The notes: a model not told the origin generated them from the sequence alone. Shown: positions 49,765 through 60,082, counted from the stretch's first letter. The stretch: 64,000 nt of DNA from an uncultured Calditrichaceae bacterium (GCA_964387645.1 CAYLYM010000002.1:642-64641), one strand, 5' to 3'. A program made the numbers and translations.

Positions 49765-49923
49765 AGGACACTATTGAAGGTAAATTTGAGTGATTAATAC
49801 AATTAAAAATGAAAAACATTTAATTTAAACTTCTTTTTATTTAGTTATCTGGTTAATTTTTAAGTGATTGTATTTTCAAAATATTTTAAAAAAAGGAAGG
49901 GAAAGTATTATTATAGGTGTCTT

Positions 49924-51288
49924 ATGAGCAGTGACAAAAAACAAAACGCTATGGACAGAAGAAGTTTTTTGCGGTATACAGCTGTAGCTGGGGCCGGGCT
50001 TATGGTTACTTCTTTAGCTAGGCCTGCAAGAGTAACTTCTTCTTCAGACGATTTAAACATTGCCTTATTAGGGGCAGGAGCACAGGGACAAGTTTTAATG
50101 AATGCTATTCTAAAATTGAACGCCAAACCCAATATGCCGCAGGTGAGGTTTAGGGCCGTTTGCGATATTTGGAAAGATTACAACCAGAAACGGGCAGCTC
50201 GATTGTTACAGAAATATGGACATAATGTAAACCGTTATGAAGATTATCGGGAAATGCTGGCCAAAGAAAGGGATCTGGATGCGGTAATTATTGCTACGCC
50301 AGACTTTTGGCATGCTCGGCATACAATTGCCTGCTTGGAAGCCGGTTTAAATGTCTATTGTGAAAAAGAAATGTCTAATAAACTTGAAGATGCCAAAAAG
50401 ATGGTGCTGGCGGCTCGTCGAACTGGAAAGTTATTACAAATAGGGCATCAACGAAGGAGTAATCCACGTTATATACATTGCTATAACAAATTAATTAAAG
50501 ATGCCCAGATTCTGGGACGAATCACTACAACTCGCGGACAATGGAATCGATCGGTTCAGCCAGATTTAGGATGGCCCAAAAAGTATGCCATTGAACCAAG
50601 CGTCCTGAGAAAATATGGTTTTGAGAATATGCGGCAATTTAGAAATTGGCGTTGGTACAAACGACTAGGTGGCGGTCCAATTGTAGATTTAGGGTCCCAT
50701 CAAATTGATATCTTTAGTTGGTTTCTTGAAGCCAATCCTTCTTCAGTAATTGCCAGTGGTGGTACTGACTATTACGATAAAAGCACTCATGAATGGTATG
50801 ATACTGTAATGGTTATTTACGAATATGATACGAAATATGGAAAAGTGAGGGCATATTACCAGACCCTGACAACCAACAGTAGCGAAGGTTATTTCGAAAG
50901 CTTTCTTGGTGACCAGGGAACTTTACAAATTTCTGAATCTGGTAATCGTGGTGGTGTATGGCGAGAACCATCGGCTCCTATCTGGGATAAATGGGTGCAA
51001 ATGGGATATATTTTGGAACCTGAGGAGGAAAAAAAGAAACAGGATGTTACAGCGGTATTGGATGTGCGAGAAACTATTGCTCCACCCAAACACAATTTGC
51101 CAGTTGTATTAAAAGATCCGTATCATTTACCTCATTTACAGAATTTCTTTGATGCTGTTCGCGGAAAAACTAAGTTGAATTGTCCTGCTGAAATAGGTTA
51201 TGAAACAGCCGTGGCTGTTCTGAAGGTGAACCAGGCGGTTGAAGCTGGCCGAAAGCTCACCTTTAGGCCCGAAGAGTTTCATGTTTAA
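49924..51288 (+). CDS. Tat-exported Gfo/Idh/MocA oxidoreductase (EKE variant)
   Basis: DRRSFLR; ALLGAGAQG, ATPDFWH, CEKEM in place of EKP, DLGSHQID. Start moved to 49924. Confidence 0.88.
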   Translation: MSSDKKQNAMDRRSFLRYTAVAGAGLMVTSLARPARVTSSSDDLNIALLGAGAQGQVLMNAILKLNAKPNMPQVRFRAVCDIWKDYNQKRAARLLQKYGHNVNRYEDYREMLAKERDLDAVIIATPDFWHARHTIACLEAGLNVYCEKEMSNKLEDAKKMVLAARRTGKLLQIGHQRRSNPRYIHCYNKLIKDAQILGRITTTRGQWNRSVQPDLGWPKKYAIEPSVLRKYGFENMRQFRNWRWYKRLGGGPIVDLGSHQIDIFSWFLEANPSSVIASGGTDYYDKSTHEWYDTVMVIYEYDTKYGKVRAYYQTLTTNSSEGYFESFLGDQGTLQISESGNRGGVWREPSAPIWDKWVQMGYILEPEEEKKKQDVTAVLDVRETIAPPKHNLPVVLKDPYHLPHLQNFFDAVRGKTKLNCPAEIGYETAVAVLKVNQAVEAGRKLTFRPEEFHV

Positions 51289-51318
51289 ATGATGTATATT
51301 GGTTGTAAGGGGAGAATT

Positions 51319-53289
51319 ATGGCAAAAGTAGGAATAATATTCTGCCTGATAGGTGTGGTGCATTTCCTTTTTGCACAAGCAGATACCTCGCAATCGGGTA
51401 TCGACACTCAGAAAGTAGCTTCGGATTCTATAATTAGTGAGCAACCAAAAAAGCTGGAATTAAAGCTAGGCGACAAAAATGACGGAAATCGTTCGATACC
51501 GATTCACCTTATCGATATATTCGATGAAGAGGGCATGAAAATATTTCCTGAGGATCGCCCGCAGTTACCATTTTCTACCAAACAAACCTGTTTACCTTGT
51601 CACAATTATGAAATTATCCGTAGAGGATGGCATTTTAATGCTTTGGATCAAGATGTTCCCCCAGGGAGACGTGGTGAACCATGGATTTTGTATGATCCTT
51701 TAACCGCTACACAATTACCATTGTCGTATCGTTCCTGGCCGGGGAGCTATCGACCCGAAGATTTAGGTATAAATTATTTCACTTTCACTCGAAAGTTTGG
51801 TCGGCATTTTCCGGGTGGTGGTCCTGGAGAGAAAGCCGAAGAAGACGATCCAGATGCCTATGTTCGCTGGATGGTTTCTGGCCAATTGGAGATTAATTGT
51901 TTGAGCTGTCATAATGCCCATCCTGAACATGATCAAGCCGAATTTGCTGCTCATGTGACTCGAGAAAATTATCGGTGGGCAGCGGCAGCATCAAGTGGAC
52001 TGGCCATAGGTAAAGGTTCCGCCAAAGACATGCCTAATAATTTTGATATTTATTTTGGTATCGATCCGGATAATCCCAGAGCCATACCCCCTAGCATAAC
52101 TTACAAACCTAATATTTTTGACGAAAGAGCTCGGGTTTTTTTCAATCTTGTCAGGAAAGTTCCTGCAGAAAGGTGTTATTTTTGTCACTCTACTGTTTAT
52201 TTAGAGGAAAATTTGGTGGAAATGTGGGAAATGGATGAGGATGTTCATCTCAAGGCGGGAATGACTTGTGTAGATTGCCATCGTAACGGATTAGATCACA
52301 TGATTGTGAGAGGTTATGAAGGAGAATCGGAGGTGAGAGAAAATCCTGTTATTGCTTCATTTACTTGTAAAGGTTGTCATCTGGGTACTGAAGATGGAGA
52401 AATTCCCCTTACCGGTCGATTAGGTGCCCCAAGGCCTGAGCACAAAGGTATTCCAACCGTCCATTTTGAAAGACTTTCCTGTACAGCTTGTCATTCTGGC
52501 CCCTGGCCAACTGACCATGCTTATCGCATTAAAACTTCTAGAGCAAATGCACTGGGCACTCATACCGTCAATCGAAATGAAGAAATTATTCCCAAGCTTC
52601 AAGCAACCGTTTTTGTAAAAGATGAATCCGGGAAAATTGAACCACATAAGTTGCTTTGGCCTTCTTTTTGGGCTGAAATCAAAGGTGACAGTGTGACTCC
52701 ATTGCTTCCGGAAAAAGTACAACCGGCTATTCTCAAAGCCTTAGCTGCGGATACTTTAACGGATAGTATGAATTATGAAAAAATACTTTCTGGCGATTGG
52801 CCAGAATTAAGCAGAGATCAGATTATCCTGATTTTGAAAGAATTATCATCTGATAGTACTCATCCTATGCATGCAGCTTATATTGGTGGAGGAAAATTAT
52901 ATAAACTTTCTAAATCAGGAGATCTGGTAAAAGAAAATCATCCTGCTGCTCAACCCTATACCTGGGCATTCGCTCATGATGTTCGACCAGCATCCCAATC
53001 ACTGGGCATTCATGGTTGCAATGATTGTCATAATAATAGCGCCCCCTTTTATTTTAGCAAGGTAGCTGTTCTATCACCTTTGAAATTCCAGAATGAGAAA
53101 TTTCGTAGAATGACTTCTTTTGAAAAAACAGGTGTTTTATTTCCAAGACTCTTCGCCATGACATTTATTTTCCGACCCTGGTTAAAGTTAATAATTTTCA
53201 TTTGTAGTATTATTATCGCTTCAGTATTAATTCTTTATGCCTTCAAAGGCCTGGACAAGATTATAAAAGTTTTAGCGGATCAACAATAA
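51319..53289 (+). CDS. Periplasmic multiheme (7x CxxCH) cytochrome c with C-terminal membrane anchor
   Basis: Sec signal; CLPCH, CLSCH, CYFCH, CVDCH, CKGCH, CTACH, CNDCH; C-terminal hydrophobic helix. ATG 51319 follows an AGGGGAG SD. Confidence 0.88.
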   Translation: MAKVGIIFCLIGVVHFLFAQADTSQSGIDTQKVASDSIISEQPKKLELKLGDKNDGNRSIPIHLIDIFDEEGMKIFPEDRPQLPFSTKQTCLPCHNYEIIRRGWHFNALDQDVPPGRRGEPWILYDPLTATQLPLSYRSWPGSYRPEDLGINYFTFTRKFGRHFPGGGPGEKAEEDDPDAYVRWMVSGQLEINCLSCHNAHPEHDQAEFAAHVTRENYRWAAAASSGLAIGKGSAKDMPNNFDIYFGIDPDNPRAIPPSITYKPNIFDERARVFFNLVRKVPAERCYFCHSTVYLEENLVEMWEMDEDVHLKAGMTCVDCHRNGLDHMIVRGYEGESEVRENPVIASFTCKGCHLGTEDGEIPLTGRLGAPRPEHKGIPTVHFERLSCTACHSGPWPTDHAYRIKTSRANALGTHTVNRNEEIIPKLQATVFVKDESGKIEPHKLLWPSFWAEIKGDSVTPLLPEKVQPAILKALAADTLTDSMNYEKILSGDWPELSRDQIILILKELSSDSTHPMHAAYIGGGKLYKLSKSGDLVKENHPAAQPYTWAFAHDVRPASQSLGIHGCNDCHNNSAPFYFSKVAVLSPLKFQNEKFRRMTSFEKTGVLFPRLFAMTFIFRPWLKLIIFICSIIIASVLILYAFKGLDKIIKVLADQQ

Positions 53290-53308
53290 ATAGAGGTAGT
53301 CAAGGCTT

Positions 53309-53968
53309 ATGTTTTTCCGAATATTATCATTTATTGGATTGATAGCTGTTATTATATGGATTTATTCTGCTTTAAAATCCAATCAAGAAATAAAGAAAAG
53401 TATAGGAGTATGGATAAAAGGGCAAATTCAAGAAATTTTTATTGCTTTTAAAAATATTAAAAAAACGCCTCCATCTGATTATTTTGTAATTTTCAGGAAA
53501 ACTATTTATTTTTTAACAATTTTATGTGTGCTAATTTTAGCATTTACTGGATTTTTACCAGTACTTTTTGGTAGTCACCTTTCTGGTTATTTGCTTTTGA
53601 TTCATGTGAGTGTGGCGCCTATTTTTGCTATTTGTATGGCTCTTATTAGCCTTATTTGGGCTAGTCAAAAACGTTTTGACCGTCTCAATTGGGAATGGTT
53701 TAGAAAATTATTTAAAAAAAATCGAAATCAAAGTAATAGTGTTCAATTTTATAATTGTACAGAAAAAGTATTCTTCTGGTTTTTGTTAATTTTAGCTTTG
53801 ATAATAATTCTATCCATATTGTTAAGCATGCTTAAATATTTTGGAACTGGAGCGCAGGAGTTTTTGATACAATTGCATAGGTTTAGTGCCTTGTTTTTTG
53901 TGATAGCTTCGTGTTACCATACGTATTTAATAATATTTCAATGTATTAAAGAAAAATCTATAAAGTGA
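53309..53968 (+). CDS. Cytochrome b-like membrane protein (FdnI/formate dehydrogenase gamma-like)
   Basis: 4-5 TM helices; LLIHVSV, FYNCTEKVFFW, and QLH...CYH with His residues 14 apart; the helix-I His position appears to be Tyr (RKTIYF). Confidence 0.7.
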   Translation: MFFRILSFIGLIAVIIWIYSALKSNQEIKKSIGVWIKGQIQEIFIAFKNIKKTPPSDYFVIFRKTIYFLTILCVLILAFTGFLPVLFGSHLSGYLLLIHVSVAPIFAICMALISLIWASQKRFDRLNWEWFRKLFKKNRNQSNSVQFYNCTEKVFFWFLLILALIIILSILLSMLKYFGTGAQEFLIQLHRFSALFFVIASCYHTYLIIFQCIKEKSIK

Positions 53969-54138
53969 TTTAATTTGTCAATATTTAATGATTTTTTAAA
54001 TATTTTACTTGAGAAAGAAATAGTAAATGTTTAAGATTTTTGAGCCACATAATTAATTGAAAAAATTATATTGAATATGTTTGCCCCCATTTATTTCAAT
54101 ATAAAATATATAAGCAATGATTGTAAGGAGGAGAGAAG

Positions 54139-55287
54139 ATGGAAAAAATTGTATGTTTATTAGCGCTTTATGGTTTGGGAATGTGTTTTGCATTATTGGG
54201 ATCAATTAGTGTTAAGCTAATGCCGCGATTGGAAATTGATGAAGGAAAATTTGGATCCTTAATCTCGGTTTTTATGTTTTCTGCAGTGATTGCCTCGCTT
54301 ATTATTGGAGTGGTAATTGATTCGATTGGTTATAAACCTGTTGCAATTATTGGTTTTCTTTTTACTGGATTAGTTATTTTGCTCATGGCTCGTGGTAAAA
54401 CTTATGGTCTGGTGTTGATATCGTGTATATTATTGGGATTTGGAGCTATGGCATTAAATACTGCTGGAAATACTTTAGCACCAGTTGTATTATTTGGAGG
54501 AAAGAATCCAGCGGCTGCTAGTAATCTTGGTAATGTATTCTTTGGATTAGGCCTATTTCTTACTCCATTAATTGTTAGTTACTTATTTAAAAAGATTTCC
54601 TATGAAAATGCTGTTTCTGTTCTTGGTATAATTGCTTTTGTTCCCCTTATTTTTGCTATTCCTGCAACCTACCCAGCAAGTCAAGCCGGATTTAAACTTT
54701 CGACTGCATTTGGATTACTTGGTGAGCCCGCTGTCTTACTCGGAGCTATAACACTCTTTTTCTACATAAGCTTAGAATCTTCACTTACTAACTGGTTGCC
54801 TTCATTTGGTAAAGAAATTATTAAAAAAGCACAGAGTGATATTGATGAAAATGTCGTGGATGCCTCAGCAGCACAGTTACTTTCATTTTTTGCTATTGCT
54901 ATGATGATTGGTCGATTAATTGCAAGTCAGATTCCCGCCATTACTACTTATGGAGCCTGGTTTATTATTGGTGCTGCATTGCTTTCTTTAATAATAATAT
55001 TTTTAATGACTATTACCAAAAGTGTAATGTTTTCCAGAGTTTGTGCTTTTCTTGCTGGTTTATTTTTTGCTCCTATATTTCCAACAACAGTGGGAGTTAC
55101 ATTTGCTAAATTCAATCCCGAAATTTATGGAAGTATCTTTGGTATTATCTTTGCTGTAGGTTTGCTTGGTGCTGTAACTATACCTAAAGCAATAGGTAAT
55201 TTGGCTCGTGGAACGAGTGTTCAAAAAGGTATGAGACTTCTTATACCTGCATGTATAATTCTAATAGTTTTAGGCTTTTTCTTATAA
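54139..55287 (+). CDS. MFS sugar transporter
   Basis: About 12 TM helices; GVVIDSIGYK loop, NLGNVFFGLG, AMMIGRL, APIFPT. Confidence 0.85.
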   Translation: MEKIVCLLALYGLGMCFALLGSISVKLMPRLEIDEGKFGSLISVFMFSAVIASLIIGVVIDSIGYKPVAIIGFLFTGLVILLMARGKTYGLVLISCILLGFGAMALNTAGNTLAPVVLFGGKNPAAASNLGNVFFGLGLFLTPLIVSYLFKKISYENAVSVLGIIAFVPLIFAIPATYPASQAGFKLSTAFGLLGEPAVLLGAITLFFYISLESSLTNWLPSFGKEIIKKAQSDIDENVVDASAAQLLSFFAIAMMIGRLIASQIPAITTYGAWFIIGAALLSLIIIFLMTITKSVMFSRVCAFLAGLFFAPIFPTTVGVTFAKFNPEIYGSIFGIIFAVGLLGAVTIPKAIGNLARGTSVQKGMRLLIPACIILIVLGFFL

Positions 55288-55302
55288 CTTCTATTTAAGT
55301 AG

Positions 55303-55335
55303 ATTCAGGGGCCTAAAATTCCTTGGCCCCTGAAT
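55303..55335 (+). terminator. Rho-independent terminator after the MFS gene
   Basis: Perfect 11 bp ATTCAGGGGCC / GGCCCCTGAAT followed by ACTTT. Confidence 0.75.
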
Positions 55336-55676
55336 ACTTTCATTTAAAATTGAAATTTTTTTATTGTTTATTAATCGCACAAGTTGCCACAAATTTAATC
55401 CACAAGTTAGTCCACTAATTTTGCTATTTATTGAAGTATTCTAAGTTATTGAACAGTGTTAATTTCTCTAAAGAATTTTAATTTTCTCTTTGACAGTGAA
55501 TTTGTATTGTGATTTTTTTACCTGCCTAACCTATTTTTTCTCATATTTGAGATTAAACCTGATTTAATTTTTGGAAGGGAAACTACCAAATTACTGATCT
55601 ATTTTTTAAAAATATTCACATTTTCTTTAAACTATCACAATATTTAAGTTAAGATAAATAAAAGGATAGGTGAGCA

Positions 55677-56951
55677 ATGGAAAAAGAAAAAATTATTTCA
55701 TTTCTAAACGAATCAAAACATCATTTAGAAAATGAATTACTGCCTTTTTGGCTAACTCGCTGTAAAGACGAAAAATATGGTGGATTTATTACTCATTTCG
55801 ATAAAGATGGGAATGATACTGGTGAGGATGAGAAATCCCTGATTGCTCAAACACGAACAATTTACACCATGGCTTCAGCTCACCGGGCCGGATATGGCGA
55901 TGGTCAGTGTCTGGAATTTGCTAAACATGGCGTGGATTTTTTACTGAATAAAATGTGGGATAAAGAAAAGGGTGGTTTCTATTGGATGCTGGATCGCAAA
56001 GGAAATATAAAGATAGATCAGAAAATTCTTTATGGTCATAATTTTGCCATTTATTCGTTAAGTGAGTACACCCTTGCTTCGGGTGATCCGATAGGGCTGG
56101 AATATGCGGAAAAAACTTTTGATCTTATTCAAAAATATTGTACAGATACCATGTATGGCGGATATTTTGAGATGTTTGATAGAAATTGGAATTTATGCGG
56201 TCCGGGAAGTCAAGGGGGAGATCGGAAGACCCTGGATGTTCATATGCATTTAATGGAAGCGTTCACCACCTTGTTCGAAGCCAGTCAGAAGGAAATTCAT
56301 AAAAGAAAATTACAAGAAGACATCGAGATATTGCTACAACGCATGTTGCATCCTGAGTACGGTACGGGTATTCCACAATTTTGGCGAGATTGGCGTGTAG
56401 CCCCGCAAATAAAATTTGATATTGTTTGGGGTTGGGATCGATTTGCTAATGGACAAAAAAAGGCCCATGCAGAAGATAATACTTCCTATGGTCATAATGT
56501 AGAATTGGCCTGGCTCTTTATTCATGCTTTGAATGTCATGGGAATTCCAGTTTCAGATTATGAGGATGTACTTAAAAAATTGTTCGATCATGCGGTGAAT
56601 TATGGTATCGATCACGAGTATGGTGGCGTTTACGTCGAAGGCTCTCATGCTGGGGAAGTTTATGATCGTGAAAAAGAATTCTGGCAACAAGCAGAACTAC
56701 TTATAGGGATGTTGGATGCCTGCATTTATTTCAAAGATGAAAAATACTGGCAAGCTTATGAAAAAGTCCATCGTTTTGTTTTCGATAAGATGATCAATCA
56801 TCAAGTAGGTGAATGGTGGCCTTTGTTAACCCGTGAAGGTCAGCCCATCTGGACCCATATGAGCCATTCATGGAAAGTAAACTATCACACCGTACGAGCA
56901 ATGGTGCAGAGTATTAAACGGTTAGAAAAATTATTGGAGATGACATTGTAA
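55677..56951 (+). CDS. AGE-family epimerase/isomerase (cellobiose 2-epimerase-like)
   Basis: LLPFWL, AQTRTIY, YGHNFAIY, KTLDVHMHLMEA, SYGHNVELAWL, WQQAE, WKVNYHTVRA. Confidence 0.88.
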   Translation: MEKEKIISFLNESKHHLENELLPFWLTRCKDEKYGGFITHFDKDGNDTGEDEKSLIAQTRTIYTMASAHRAGYGDGQCLEFAKHGVDFLLNKMWDKEKGGFYWMLDRKGNIKIDQKILYGHNFAIYSLSEYTLASGDPIGLEYAEKTFDLIQKYCTDTMYGGYFEMFDRNWNLCGPGSQGGDRKTLDVHMHLMEAFTTLFEASQKEIHKRKLQEDIEILLQRMLHPEYGTGIPQFWRDWRVAPQIKFDIVWGWDRFANGQKKAHAEDNTSYGHNVELAWLFIHALNVMGIPVSDYEDVLKKLFDHAVNYGIDHEYGGVYVEGSHAGEVYDREKEFWQQAELLIGMLDACIYFKDEKYWQAYEKVHRFVFDKMINHQVGEWWPLLTREGQPIWTHMSHSWKVNYHTVRAMVQSIKRLEKLLEMTL

Positions 56952-57029
56952 TTTTTCAGGAAGTTGGGAAAGTTCTCTATTAAAATTATTCTTTATTACT
57001 CATCTGATTTTTTATTTCGAAAATGAATA

Positions 57030-58964
57030 ATGTTGGATAAAAATTGGCATGGGATGTCTATGAAGGAAAGTCGAGTTAGAGAGATATTGGAAAAAATAAA
57101 AAATGTCCGTATAGCAGTTTATGGTGATTTTTGTCTTGATGCTTACTGGATTTTAGATCCGCATGGTTCAGAAGTTTCTGTGGAAACAGGACTTTTAGCA
57201 GAGGCTGTTCGTGAGCAACGATATTCTCCTGGTGGAGCTTCAAACGTTGTAGCTAATGTTGCGGCATTGGAACCGGCTTCTGTTTTGGCTATCGGTGTCA
57301 TCGGTAATGATATTTTTGGAAGAGAATTGCTTCGTCAACTGAGGAAGCTGAAGATTGATACCAGTGGTCTGATTATCCAAAAAGAAAATTTCGATACGGT
57401 GACTTTCGCCAAAAGATATCTTAACGATCAGGAACAACCTCGCATCGATTTTGGCTTTTTTAACCGTCGCTCTCGAAAGACGGATCGGGCCATTTTAGAC
57501 AACCTTCGGAAAGCTTTAAATGAATACGATGTGGTGATATTTAATCAACAAGTACCGGGAAGCCTGACCAATGAAGAGTTTATCGATGAGTGCAACAGGT
57601 TATTCCTGGAATTTAACGATAAAATCATCCTGTTTGATTCACGGCATTACGGACACCGTTTCAAACATGTTTATAGAAAGACCAACGATATCGAAGTAGC
57701 CCGATTGAATGGAGTCGATGTATCATCTGGTGATATTATTCCTCTCTGTGATATTAAAAAATTTGCGCAAAAACTTTTTAATGAATCTCATAAACCGGTT
57801 TTTGTAACACGGGGTGCACGCGGGATAATTACTGTTGATGATGATGGGATTCATGAAATTCCAGGAATTCAACTTTTAGGTAAAATTGATCCGGTTGGTG
57901 CAGGTGACACGACTATTAGTGCTTTGGGACTTTGTCTGGGCGCAGGGTATTCTCCATCTGAAGCGGCCGAATTTGCTAATTTTGCGGCAGCAGTCACTGT
58001 TCAAAAACTTTTTACTACCGGTACGGCCTCTGCCCCTGAAATTATTGAAATGTGCCGAAATGCCGATTATATTTATCAGCCTGAGTTGGCTGAGGACATT
58101 CGCCAGGCAAGGTATATCGAAGGTACCGAAATCGAAGTATGTGGTGACATGAATATAATCACTTCGGGCAAAATAAAACATGCTGTTTTTGACCATGATG
58201 GAACAATTAGTACATTACGGCAGGGATGGGAAGCAATCATGGAGCCGGTTATGATCCGTGCTATCTTAGGGGATCAATATGAAACGGCTGATGAAACACT
58301 TTATCATAAAGTACGCAATCGGGTTTTGGAGTTTATTGAGGCAACTACAGGAATGCAGACTATTGTTCAAATGGAAGGTCTGGTGGCGCTGGTTAAGGAA
58401 TTTGGCATTGTGCCGGAAAGTCAAATCCTGGACAAGTTTGGTTATAAAGAGATATACAATAACGCATTGATGGAAATGGTGAATAAAAGAATGGCTAAAT
58501 TGAAGAGAGGGGAGTTGGATGCTACCGATTTCACGGTAAAAGGAGCAGTGGATTTTTTAAAGGCGCTCCGAGACCATGGTGTAACGCTTTATTTGGCGAG
58601 TGGAACTGATCGTGAAGACGTTGAACGCGAAGCAAAATCTCTCGGGTATGCCGATTTATTTAATGGAGGTATTTATGGTGCAGTTGGAGATATCAAGAAA
58701 TATTCTAAAAAAATAGTGATCGAAAAGATAATGAACGAAAACCAATTAAGTGGTGTAGAATTACTGGTGGTCGGCGATGGACCGGTGGAGATTCGGGAAT
58801 GTCGTAAACGAGACGGTATTGCAATAGGGGTTGCAAGTGATGAAATTCGTCGACATGGTTTAAACACCCGTAAACGAACGCGACTCATAAAAGCAGGAGC
58901 GCAACTTGTTATCCCTGATTATTCTCAAAAACATCATTTGCTTACTATTCTGTTTCCTGGATAG
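57030..58964 (+). CDS. Bifunctional PfkB (RfaE/HldE-kinase-like) carbohydrate kinase plus HAD phosphatase
   Basis: IAVYGDFCLDAYW, PGGASNV, DPVGAGDT (PfkB); FDHDGT, LASGT, VVGDGPVE (HAD). Start could be 57054 or 57060. Confidence 0.82.
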   Translation: MLDKNWHGMSMKESRVREILEKIKNVRIAVYGDFCLDAYWILDPHGSEVSVETGLLAEAVREQRYSPGGASNVVANVAALEPASVLAIGVIGNDIFGRELLRQLRKLKIDTSGLIIQKENFDTVTFAKRYLNDQEQPRIDFGFFNRRSRKTDRAILDNLRKALNEYDVVIFNQQVPGSLTNEEFIDECNRLFLEFNDKIILFDSRHYGHRFKHVYRKTNDIEVARLNGVDVSSGDIIPLCDIKKFAQKLFNESHKPVFVTRGARGIITVDDDGIHEIPGIQLLGKIDPVGAGDTTISALGLCLGAGYSPSEAAEFANFAAAVTVQKLFTTGTASAPEIIEMCRNADYIYQPELAEDIRQARYIEGTEIEVCGDMNIITSGKIKHAVFDHDGTISTLRQGWEAIMEPVMIRAILGDQYETADETLYHKVRNRVLEFIEATTGMQTIVQMEGLVALVKEFGIVPESQILDKFGYKEIYNNALMEMVNKRMAKLKRGELDATDFTVKGAVDFLKALRDHGVTLYLASGTDREDVEREAKSLGYADLFNGGIYGAVGDIKKYSKKIVIEKIMNENQLSGVELLVVGDGPVEIRECRKRDGIAIGVASDEIRRHGLNTRKRTRLIKAGAQLVIPDYSQKHHLLTILFPG

Positions 58965-59164
58965 ATTACACTTTTATTTGTAATTATTTCGGTAAAAAAA
59001 TGTAAAAATTGCAATTTCGAGCAATTAAACTTTGAAATAAAAAAAAGATTTTAGTAATTTTAGATTGATTTAATTTTAGTTTATATTAGATTAGTGATTA
59101 ATTTTGGAGGCTTCAAAATTCATTTCATTATAAATAACTAATTAGAATTTGAAGGAGGAGGTAC

Positions 59165-60082
59165 ATGTCTCTAAATAAGAAAGACTTATCTCGCCGGGAA
59201 TTTATTCAACAGGGTTCAAAAGCAGCAGCAGGATTGGTGGCCGCTAGTGCACTGGCTGCTTATAATGTAAAAGCCGGACAAAAGCGTGGTTCAAAAATGC
59301 GTTTTGGTTTGGTAACATACCTTTGGGGTAAAGATTGGGATTTGCCAACACTGATCCGTAATTGTGAACGAACCAATGTTCTGGGTGTTGAGTTAAGAAC
59401 ACAACATGCTCATGGTGTTGAATCTAACCTGAATGCGCGTCAACGATACGAAGTGAAAATACGTTTTCAGAACAGCCCGGTTACGCTGGTTGGACTGGGA
59501 ACTAATTTTGCTTTCCATTATGTCGATCAGGATCGCCTGAAAAAAGAAATTCAGGGAGCTAAAGATTATATCAAATTATCTTATGACGTTGGTGGAAGCG
59601 GTATTAAAGTAAAACCTAATGCTTTACCTAAAGAAGTTCCTCCGGAAAAAACTTTTGAACAGATCGGACGCTGTTTAAATGAGCTTGGTAAATATGCGGC
59701 AGATTATGGGCAAAAAATTAGAGTAGAAGTTCATGGTAAAGATACTCAAAAGCTTCCTAACATGAAAAAGATTTTTGACCATGTGACTGAACCAAATGTA
59801 GGCGTGTGTTGGAATTGTAACCAACAGGATCTGGAGGGAAAAGGGTTAGAATATAATTTTAATTTAGTAAAAGATCGTTTTGGAGATACGGTTCATGTAC
59901 GAGAGCTGAATAATCCTGATTATCCTTACCAGAAATTAATTAATCTCTTTGTTCAAATGGATTATGCCGGGTGGATCTTATTAGAAGCGCGGGGAAATCC
60001 TCCTGACCGTATCAAGGCCTTGGCTGAACAATATGCTCTTTTTAAAGAAATGTTAGCAAAAGCTCAGGATCAATTTGGTTGA
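59165..60082 (+). CDS. Tat-exported AP-endonuclease-2-family TIM barrel, divergent metal site
   Basis: SRREFIQ; GVELRT, RVEVH, CWNCN, VHVREL, LLEAR. Confidence 0.78.
   Translation: MSLNKKDLSRREFIQQGSKAAAGLVAASALAAYNVKAGQKRGSKMRFGLVTYLWGKDWDLPTLIRNCERTNVLGVELRTQHAHGVESNLNARQRYEVKIRFQNSPVTLVGLGTNFAFHYVDQDRLKKEIQGAKDYIKLSYDVGGSGIKVKPNALPKEVPPEKTFEQIGRCLNELGKYAADYGQKIRVEVHGKDTQKLPNMKKIFDHVTEPNVGVCWNCNQQDLEGKGLEYNFNLVKDRFGDTVHVRELNNPDYPYQKLINLFVQMDYAGWILLEARGNPPDRIKALAEQYALFKEMLAKAQDQFG

Noticed and set aside
57030-58964. Standard bifunctional HldE of LPS core synthesis
   Set aside because: The second domain is a HAD, not a nucleotidyltransferase, and no LPS genes are adjacent.
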